From an uncultured Collinsella sp. (GTDB taxonomy: Bacteria > Actinomycetota > Coriobacteriia > Coriobacteriales > Coriobacteriaceae), in NCBI GenBank assembly GCA_900757595.1, contig CAAEOL010000023.1:2248-66247 (forward strand): DNA of 64,000 nt. Reading direction: 5' to 3'. The notes under the pieces were generated by a model. The model did no database searches. It had not been told where the DNA came from and saw only the letters and a program-made list of their open reading frames with translations. Every line of letters starts with the position of its first letter. The first letter of the stretch is position 1. Position numbers and translations under genes: made by a program. Below are positions 57,069-64,000 of this stretch, one piece after another.

Positions 57069-58229
57069 ATGGAGATCACCAAGGATATCCGCTACATCGG
57101 TGTCGACGATCACGACATTGACCTGTTCGAGGGCCAGTACGACGTGTCCGAGAACGGCATGGCATACAACAGCTATGTTATCTTGGGCGATAAAATCGCT
57201 GTCGCCGATTCGGTTGACGCTGGCTTTGTCGACGAATGGCTCGGCAACCTCGAGGCCGCGCTCGACGGCCGTACGCCCGACTACCTGGTCGTCCATCACA
57301 TGGAGCCCGATCACTCTGCTGGCATCGCCGCCTTTATGGAGCGCTACCCCCAGGCACAGATTGTGGCCAGCATGGGCGCCTTCCGCATGATGGTCAACTA
57401 CTTTGGCACCGACTACCCCGAGCGTAAGATGGTCGTCAAAGAGGGCGACGTGCTCGACCTGGGTGGCCACAGCCTAACGTTTGTCGGCGCCCCCAACGTG
57501 CACTGGCCCGAGGTGATCTTCTCCTACGAGTCCACCGACAAGGTGCTCTTTAGTGCCGACGGCTTTGGCAAGTTCGGCGCCAACGACATCGAGGACCCGG
57601 AAGGCTGGGCTTGCGAAGCGCGCCGCTACTACTTTGGCATCGTCGGTAAGTTCGGCAAATTCGTGCAGACCGTGCTCAAGAAGGCCGCCGATCTGGATAT
57701 CCAGATCATCTGTCCGCTCCACGGCCCCGTACTGACCGAGAACCTGGGCTATTACCTCGACACCTATAACACCTGGTCGAGTTATCAGCCCGAGGACGAG
57801 GGCATCACGATCGCCTATGCGAGCGTGTATGGCCATCTGAAGGCTGCCGTCGAGGAGCTCGCCGCAGCGCTTGATGCTCGCGGCCAGAAGGTCTCCGTCT
57901 TTGACCTGGCTCGCGACGACATGGCCGAGGCCGTTGAGGATGCGTTCCGCTACGACCGTCTGGTGCTCGCTTCCATCACCTATCAGGGCGAGATCTTCCC
58001 GTTCATGAGCACCTTTATCCACACGCTTGCCGAGCACGCCTATCAGAACCGTACGGTGGCGCTCGTTGAGGCCGGCTCCTGGGCGCCCACCGCTGCCAAG
58101 GTTATGACCAAGGAGCTCGAGGGCATGAAGGACATCACCCTGGCGCAGAACAAGGTGACCGTGCTGGGCTCGCTCAACGACGCCTCGCGCGCTCAGATCG
58201 AGGTTCTCGCCGACGAGCTGTCCAAGTAG
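57069..58229 (+). CDS. fprA: Flavodiiron protein (FprA/NorV family)
   Basis: HHMEPDHS, VHWPE, FSADGFG, CPLHG; flavodoxin domain YASVYGH. Confidence 0.93.
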   Translation: MEITKDIRYIGVDDHDIDLFEGQYDVSENGMAYNSYVILGDKIAVADSVDAGFVDEWLGNLEAALDGRTPDYLVVHHMEPDHSAGIAAFMERYPQAQIVASMGAFRMMVNYFGTDYPERKMVVKEGDVLDLGGHSLTFVGAPNVHWPEVIFSYESTDKVLFSADGFGKFGANDIEDPEGWACEARRYYFGIVGKFGKFVQTVLKKAADLDIQIICPLHGPVLTENLGYYLDTYNTWSSYQPEDEGITIAYASVYGHLKAAVEELAAALDARGQKVSVFDLARDDMAEAVEDAFRYDRLVLASITYQGEIFPFMSTFIHTLAEHAYQNRTVALVEAGSWAPTAAKVMTKELEGMKDITLAQNKVTVLGSLNDASRAQIEVLADELSK

Positions 58230-58288
58230 CGACACATTCACTTCTGATGCTCAACCACCACAAAGGAGACCTTTGTGGTGGTTTTTGT

Positions 58289-59092
58289 TTAAGCGCCGGC
58301 GATGAGGAGATTTGGGCGGGCGTTGTCGACGATCTCGGCGATTGAGGTGGCGACGGCATTATCGGGGTCACGGTCCATCACGATGGAGTCGACATCGGCA
58401 AGCTCGGCAAAGCGGTACATGCCGCGTCCGTTAACCTTGCTGGCGTCCATGAGGGCGACGCTTTGATGGGCCGCGGCGATCATAGCCGTTTTGGTCTCGG
58501 CCATCTGGGGAAAGTCGGTCGTAAAGCCGCAGCTGGGGACAAAGGCGCCGGGGCACATGACGGCCAGATCGGCATGGACCATTTGGAGCGCCTGCATAGT
58601 GAGCGGTCCGTACAAATAACGATGGCCTTTGCGCAGCGCCCCGCCCAGCATGACGACATCGACTGAGGGCATGCTCTCGTCGATGTAATCGGCAATGGTA
58701 ATGTCGGCCGTGATGACGGTGATACCGTCGCGCTGATCGAGGAGCCGGACGAACTCGAGCGCCGTGGTGCCCGAGTCGACGAGCAGCGTGTCGCCGTCAT
58801 TGACGAGCTCGATGGCGCTTTGCGCGATGGCCTGCTTGGCGGCGACGTTGACATTGATGCGGCGATCCTGCGTGGAGACGGTCAGACGTTTGTGGAGTGA
58901 TACGGCACCGCCGTGCGTGCGGCGCAGCTTGCCTGCTTCGGCGAGCGCGTCCAGGTCGGCGCGGGCGGTGACGGAGGACACGCCAAAGGTCTGGGCGATT
59001 TCTGCTACCTGCACCGAGGCATTATGATCGAGCATCTCCATGATGGCGGAACGACGCTCGTCGGCGAAAGCTCGGGTTGTTGCGTGGGCCAT
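58289..59092 (-). CDS. DeoR/GlpR-family regulator
   Basis: FGVSSVTARADL..RTHGGA, DSGTT; divergent from the aldolase. Confidence 0.92.
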   Translation of the reverse strand: MAHATTRAFADERRSAIMEMLDHNASVQVAEIAQTFGVSSVTARADLDALAEAGKLRRTHGGAVSLHKRLTVSTQDRRINVNVAAKQAIAQSAIELVNDGDTLLVDSGTTALEFVRLLDQRDGITVITADITIADYIDESMPSVDVVMLGGALRKGHRYLYGPLTMQALQMVHADLAVMCPGAFVPSCGFTTDFPQMAETKTAMIAAAHQSVALMDASKVNGRGMYRFAELADVDSIVMDRDPDNAVATSIAEIVDNARPNLLIAGA

Positions 59093-59427
59093 ATCTGCTC
59101 CATCATCGTCTGAAATTTGCAGGAATTGTGTTGACTCTATTTTCGTTCATTTTCTTTTTGAGTAAGAAAACACCTTTCGATTACTTATCTTTTCTATAAA
59201 AGAAAGACGCTGAACGCCCAAAATTCAATATCGAACATGTTCACTCGGCTCAAATTTCTTCCGTTTGCTTTTCAAAAATGACTGTATTGACCTGCATGGG
59301 CTCAATATCTCGCACGTGCAAAGCTGCTGAATTTCATACAATGAGCGCAGCAAAACGCAAGGTAAAACGCCTTGTGAACAACTACGCCCGATGTCCAGAT
59401 GCGGGCGAGGGAGAGGAGCAAACGCTC

Positions 59428-60285
59428 ATGGCACTTGTTACCACCGAAAAGATGCTCAAGGACGCTCAGGCCGGCCACTACGCTGTTGGCGCGTTCAACG
59501 TCGAGAACCTCGAGTTTGTTATGGCCGTTCTGGCCGCTGCCGAGGAGACCAAGTCCCCCGTCATCATGCAGACCACCCCGGGCACCATCAAGACCGCTGG
59601 TCTGGACTACTTCTACGGCATGGTCAAGGCTGCCGCCGAGCGCGCTTCCGTGCCCGTCGCTCTGCACCTCGATCACGGCGATGGCTATGACCGCTGCATG
59701 CAGGCTTTCCGCACGGGCTACACCTCCGTCATGATCGACGGTTCGCACGAGTCCTTCGAGGACAACATCGCCCTGACCAAGTCCGTTGCCGACGCTGGCC
59801 GCGCCATGGGCGTGCCCGTCGAGGCCGAGCTCGGTAAGGTTGGCGGCAAGGAGGACGACGGTCCCGCGGTTGAGGGCGAGAGCCCCTACACCGATCCTGC
59901 CGAGGCCAAGGAGTTCGTCGAGCGCACCGGCTGCACTTCGCTGGCCATTGGCGTTGGCACCAGCCACGGCGTGTACACGAGCGATCCGCACATCGAGCAG
60001 TCCGTGGTCAAGGCCATCCGCGACGCCGTCGACGTGCCGCTGGTTCTGCATGGCACCTCTGGTGTGCCCGATGAGCAGGTTGCCGAGGCCGTGAAGAACG
60101 GCATCTGCAAGGTTAACTACGCTACTGAGCTGCGTCAGGCCTACACCAAGGGCTTCATGGCCTACATGGCCGAGAACCCCGCCTGCTTCGATCCCAAGAA
60201 GCCGGCCAAGGAGGGCATGCGTGAGATCACCGAGCTGGTTAAGATCCGCATGACCAACCTCAACTCTGTGGGCAAAGCAGAGTAA
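59428..60285 (+). CDS. Class II tagatose/fructose-1,6-bisphosphate aldolase (KbaY/GatY-like)
   Basis: AVGAFN, ALHLDHG, SVMIDGS, EAELG, GTSHG, LVLHG, KVNYATEL. Confidence 0.9.
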   Translation: MALVTTEKMLKDAQAGHYAVGAFNVENLEFVMAVLAAAEETKSPVIMQTTPGTIKTAGLDYFYGMVKAAAERASVPVALHLDHGDGYDRCMQAFRTGYTSVMIDGSHESFEDNIALTKSVADAGRAMGVPVEAELGKVGGKEDDGPAVEGESPYTDPAEAKEFVERTGCTSLAIGVGTSHGVYTSDPHIEQSVVKAIRDAVDVPLVLHGTSGVPDEQVAEAVKNGICKVNYATELRQAYTKGFMAYMAENPACFDPKKPAKEGMREITELVKIRMTNLNSVGKAE

Positions 60286-60309
60286 CAGCAAGGGTACTCT
60301 GATCCCACC

Positions 60310-60460
60310 GGACGGTTTGGGCGGGTCCCGTACTTAGTTTCCAAAACGTCCTCGCGCATGAAGGCCCCCGTTGTCTCGCTTCTTCGAAGCGTTGACAACG
60401 GGGGCCTTCGCGCTGCGGAATGATTTTGGAAACTAAGTACGGGACCCGCCCAAACCGTCC
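60310..60460. repeat. 151-bp MITE-like element with perfect 37-bp terminal IR and a nested 15-bp IR
   Basis: GGACGGTTTGGGCGGGTCCCGTACTTAGTTTCCAAAA and its reverse complement; inner AAGGCCCCCGTTGTC/GACAACGGGGGCCTT. Confidence 0.85.
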
Positions 60461-60509
60461 TGCTCAATCGCCCTTGTGGCGTTGGGGCTGAAAGGGTGGG
60501 GCGCGGGGG

Positions 60510-61133
60510 TTACTTGGTTGTTAGGGTTAGCAGGTCGTTGGGGGTTTTGAGGTTGTAGGTGGCGTTTGGGATATCTTGGTGTGATCCCCATGCTGCTCGG
60601 GCAAAACTGACCCCTGCTGAAGTTGCGCATTGTTCGTCGTAGACGGTGTCGCCAACGTAGACGACGTTGCCAGGATTCGCGCCCGCACGTCGGAGATATT
60701 CGAGCATGGGTGCGGGTGCGGGTTTATGTTCGGTTGTGTCTTCGACAAGGATGATGTGCTCAAAATACTTATCGAAACCAAGGGGTGCAATTTCTTTTGC
60801 GTATTCGTCGCGCGCACGTGAGGAGACGATGCCAAGTTTGCAGCCGCTATCGGCGAGTGTTGCGATGACTTCAAGCAAACCTGGAAACACGCTGATGGTG
60901 CTTTTAAAGCTGGCGGCAACTTGGCACCAGCGATCCAACGTTGCCTGCGAGTAGATCCCAAGTTTCTCAAGGGCATCCTTGCCGGGTATGCCGAGGGCAA
61001 AGTCAAGCTCGTGTCGGGGAAGCGTTTTGCTGGTCTCTTCTTGGACAATCTGGACAAGCGATGACAGAACGCTTTCTTCTGTATCTGCCAATGTCCCATC
61101 AACGTCAAATACGATATGGTCAAAGTGCTTCAT
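60510..61133 (-). CDS. HAD-superfamily hydrolase
   Basis: FDVDGTL, HKPAP, YVGDT. Confidence 0.92.
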   Translation of the reverse strand: MKHFDHIVFDVDGTLADTEESVLSSLVQIVQEETSKTLPRHELDFALGIPGKDALEKLGIYSQATLDRWCQVAASFKSTISVFPGLLEVIATLADSGCKLGIVSSRARDEYAKEIAPLGFDKYFEHIILVEDTTEHKPAPAPMLEYLRRAGANPGNVVYVGDTVYDEQCATSAGVSFARAAWGSHQDIPNATYNLKTPNDLLTLTTK

Positions 61134-61189
61134 ATGATTGCTCCTCTCTGTTGTTTGCCTGCAAGTTTGATGCAGTGACAGAAGAAGGG

Positions 61190-62128
61190 TTAGCGGGATT
61201 TCTGCCTGGTGCTATCGAGATTCTGCCTCGCTGCTCGATAGCTCGAAGGAGTGCACCCCATTTGTTCTTTAAATACCTGGCCAAGATGGCTTGCTGTTAT
61301 AAATCCGCATTGGCGCGCGACTGTCTGTACCGTTCGCGTGGTGTGTGCCAAAAGTTCGCAAGCACGGTTTATGCGGTATGCGCGTAGATATGCCGCCGGG
61401 GTCGTTCCTGCACAAGTTTCGATAATGCGGTAACACTCTCTTTCGCTTACGCCGGCTGCAGATGCCATCTGGGGCACATCTATAGCGGCTGCATAGTTTG
61501 CGCGGATAAAGTCCAGGATTGCCTTGAACTGTACGTCGCGGCTGGTCATCCAAGAGGCGCCGTCGGAAGAAAAGAGCGGTTCGGCCTTGGCGTTAATCTG
61601 AATCCAGAGCTCTGACAAGCTATTTCGAAGCGCCATCTCGTTCTGCGGCCGTTGAAGGTCGTGGCTAAAGGAGCTCTTCAGCAAATCGATAAAGGGCATA
61701 TCGTCGGGATTGGTGGGCGACCATTTGAGCACATCGACGCCTCGACATTGAAGCAATGGGTTGATGTAGCGCTTTTGGAGACGTCCCGCGGGATCGCCGA
61801 GCATCGACGGCTCAAAGATATGCAGCATTTGAATGGCTGGCGCCGAATTGGGTGATTGCAGCGTGCTGTGCAAAACGCCGCCGTTGATAAAGCCGGCGGA
61901 CCCTTCCTCAAAGCGTACGTGCTCATGAGCCGCGTGCGTTCGATAGTCAATCGCTCCCTGCTCCATGTAGAAAAGCTCAACTTCGGAATGCCAGTGCCAG
62001 GGGACGGAATTGCCCGGATAGCGAGCGAATTCTGCGCGTTCGGCAATATAGGGCCAGTCTTCGGCGGTCTCGGGAAACGCTTCCTCGCGTCCTCCGCGGT
62101 GCAATTCTATGTGATCCATGTTTCGCAT
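61190..62128 (-). CDS. AraC-family regulator with cupin domain
   Basis: PWHWHSEVE; C-terminal double HTH, ..FKEQMGCTPSSYR. Confidence 0.92.
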   Translation of the reverse strand: MRNMDHIELHRGGREEAFPETAEDWPYIAERAEFARYPGNSVPWHWHSEVELFYMEQGAIDYRTHAAHEHVRFEEGSAGFINGGVLHSTLQSPNSAPAIQMLHIFEPSMLGDPAGRLQKRYINPLLQCRGVDVLKWSPTNPDDMPFIDLLKSSFSHDLQRPQNEMALRNSLSELWIQINAKAEPLFSSDGASWMTSRDVQFKAILDFIRANYAAAIDVPQMASAAGVSERECYRIIETCAGTTPAAYLRAYRINRACELLAHTTRTVQTVARQCGFITASHLGQVFKEQMGCTPSSYRAARQNLDSTRQKSR

Positions 62129-62616
62129 GGCATCAGTATAAAGCGCAATGGGCTTAGATTGCTCTTGCCTGTTCGGGGAACGCCTTGTCTAGGGATGCTT
62201 GGAGCTTTTCGAAGGATGCTCGTAAGTTGAGGCTCTGATCGGCTGAGCGCTTGGTTTTTGTGGTGGGGGAGTCGAGGAGGCCGTTTCTCTGTGTCGGGGG
62301 GAAGGAGAAAAGGTTTGCATGTTTTAGGGATGGCTGCTGTGCTGCGTCATTGGAAGAATGCATGCTTTTGCGGCCTCCTCGATATCCACCAAAAGGATGC
62401 GCTCGGGGTTTGCTGCTAGGTCCCGTGCGCTGGCTACATTATGCCGCGGCTGCCGCAAAGAAGCGCTAAAGAAAGGCTTAACCTGGTTTGGTGTTACGAT
62501 GAAACTGCAGGTCAGAGGTATCGAGTAACACTCTTGAAAGGTTTTGAGCTTAAGGGCTTTCTAAGGTTTGTGACGTGGATGTGGCGCGGACGTGCGGAGC
62601 GTGTGAATGCTCGCTG

Positions 62617-63606
62617 TTAGCGCTGCGGCTCTGTGGCGCGCACCTGCTCGATGACCTTTTCCATCGTGGCGTCGATGCGGTCCTTTTTGAGTTCGCATTC
62701 CCAGATGGTTATGGGCGTCCAGCCCATTTGAGTGAGTGCTGCCACGGCAGCGCGGTCGCGCTCGACGTTGCGGCGGAACTTTGCCTCCCAAAACTCAACG
62801 TTGCGCTTGGGCTGGCTCGGATTGCACTTGGGGCAGCGGTGCCAAAAGCAGCCGTTGACGAAGATGGCGATCTTGCGGCCGGGGAAGGCGATGTCGGGCT
62901 TGCCGGGAACCTTCCATTCCAAGCGATAACCCGTAAGGCCTGCGGCGCGCAGGCGCTGTCGTACGAGCAGCTCGGGCTTGGTGTTGGCGCGTTTGTTGCC
63001 CTTCATGGACTTTTTGATGGCGGCGCGACGGCGCACGAGCTCACGCTCGTCGGCGGAAAGGTCCGAGGTATCGATGCCGTCGAGCAGACCGGGCTTGGGA
63101 CGCTTTTTGCTGCGGCGCTTGGCTTTGCGCTTGGGCTTGGTAACGGGCTCGTCGGCTGTGGTGGCCTGGGCGTCGTTAGCGATGCCGTTGGCCTCAAGCC
63201 GATCTTCCTTCAGCTCAATCAGGGCATCAATGAGCCCCTTGTCGGCGGGCATCCATTCCACCGTGGCAAGCGAGGTGCGCGGAATCCAGCGGATATCGAG
63301 CTGGCGGTCGTGCTTCTGGGGCTCATCGGATTCATCAGCGAGCGAGCAGTAGTAGCACTCCATTGAGAGATGAAAATCGGGGTAGTCGTACTCAACGGTA
63401 TAGAAATCGCGCAGGTTGGTGACTTTTACCTGCAACTCTTCCATAAGCTCGCGGCGTACGGCGTCCTCGGGCGTCTCGCCGCGCATGAGCTTGCCACCTG
63501 GGAACTCCCAAAGTCCCTGCATGTCGCCATAGCCGCGCTGCACGGCCAGTAACTCGTCGGATCCATCCTTGCGAATGATCCCAGCGGCAACATGAACAGT
63601 CTTCAA
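62617..63606 (-). CDS. NUDIX (MutT/NudG-like) - Vsr endonuclease fusion
   Basis: Likely TTG start after GAGAGGA; Nudix box GGKLMRGETPEDAVRRELMEEL; Vsr motifs NTKPE, GKPDI, FVNGCFWH, NVERD, IWECEL. Confidence 0.88.
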   Translation of the reverse strand: MKTVHVAAGIIRKDGSDELLAVQRGYGDMQGLWEFPGGKLMRGETPEDAVRRELMEELQVKVTNLRDFYTVEYDYPDFHLSMECYYCSLADESDEPQKHDRQLDIRWIPRTSLATVEWMPADKGLIDALIELKEDRLEANGIANDAQATTADEPVTKPKRKAKRRSKKRPKPGLLDGIDTSDLSADERELVRRRAAIKKSMKGNKRANTKPELLVRQRLRAAGLTGYRLEWKVPGKPDIAFPGRKIAIFVNGCFWHRCPKCNPSQPKRNVEFWEAKFRRNVERDRAAVAALTQMGWTPITIWECELKKDRIDATMEKVIEQVRATEPQR

Positions 63607-63653
63607 CAGGAGTCCTCTCTCAATATCAACACGTGGCAGACTGGCTACCTCTA

Positions 63654-63671
63654 CCTTACACAACGGTAAGG
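63654..63671. promoter_or_regulatory. BceR/OmpR-type binding site candidate
   Basis: CCTTACA-CAAC-GGTAAGG, resembling TNACA-N4-TGTAA, upstream of a BceA-like ATPase. Confidence 0.5.
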
Positions 63672-63754
63672 CAAGCGTAAGCCATATCGATGGTAGCCGA
63701 CTCGGCTCCTTGCGACTATAGATGCCGTAGACTAATCGCAAGAAAGGACTCGGT

Positions 63755-64000
63755 ATGCAAACCACGCATATGGCGACCCCGGTACTGGAGGTCGCGCATC
63801 TCGAAAAGGTATATGGAGCGCTGGGCAACGTGACCCGCGCGCTCAACGACGTCAGCTTTACCGTCAACCGCGGTGAGTTCGTCGGCATCATGGGCGCCTC
63901 GGGCTCGGGCAAGTCGACGCTGCTCAACTGCGTGTCGACCATCGATAGCGCCACGAGTGGCACCATCCGCATCAACGGCCAGGACGTGACGCGCATGAAG
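63755..64000 (+). CDS. ABC transporter ATP-binding protein (BceA/LolD-like), runs off the window
   Basis: RBS AAAGGA; ALNDVSFTVNRGEFVGIMGASGSGKSTLLN (Walker A). Confidence 0.9.
   Translation, partial: MQTTHMATPVLEVAHLEKVYGALGNVTRALNDVSFTVNRGEFVGIMGASGSGKSTLLNCVSTIDSATSGTIRINGQDVTRMK

Noticed and set aside
63607..63996. N-terminal extension of the 459-aa NUDIX-Vsr ORF
   Set aside because: Antisense to a clear ABC ATPase and its promoter; Nudix homology and an RBS begin at 63606.

Overview
GC-rich chromosomal window from an anaerobic actinobacterium; gene content and codon style suggest Coriobacteriia, probably Collinsella (inference). (1) 1-8000 is a partly decayed defence island. It holds a frameshifted/truncated AbiE-type toxin-antitoxin pair, a small palindromic IS relic, an IS30 remnant, a DUF3800-like fragment and an IS200. 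It also holds an intact fused nuclease-methylase-specificity (R-M-S) gene followed by a tyrosine recombinase and a silent spare target-recognition domain (TRD), with two pairs of direct repeats arranged for TRD swapping by excision/re-integration. (2) 8050-16000 is core genome: a raiA-motif structured ncRNA with its own promoter, a solute-binding lipoprotein, hpf/raiA, degV, a dehydrogenase with a His/Cys tail, icd and hypotheticals. (3) 16000-60300 is a large galactoside/GalNAc catabolic region. It contains an aga-type mannose-family PTS with agaS/nagA, two lacX-lacC copies, tRNA-Thr, a IIB paralog lacking the catalytic His, galM, lacR and an inserted fic gene. It continues with three lacE/lacG/LacI modules separated by a palindromic repeat family, then lacF, lacAB, galKT, fprA and a class II aldolase. 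Many sugar promoters share an 11-bp direct repeat with an exact 21-bp period that resembles LytTR sites. (4) 60500-64000: HAD hydrolase, AraC regulator, a NUDIX-Vsr fusion and the start of an ABC ATPase. All calls come from reading the sequence by eye; no database searches were run.
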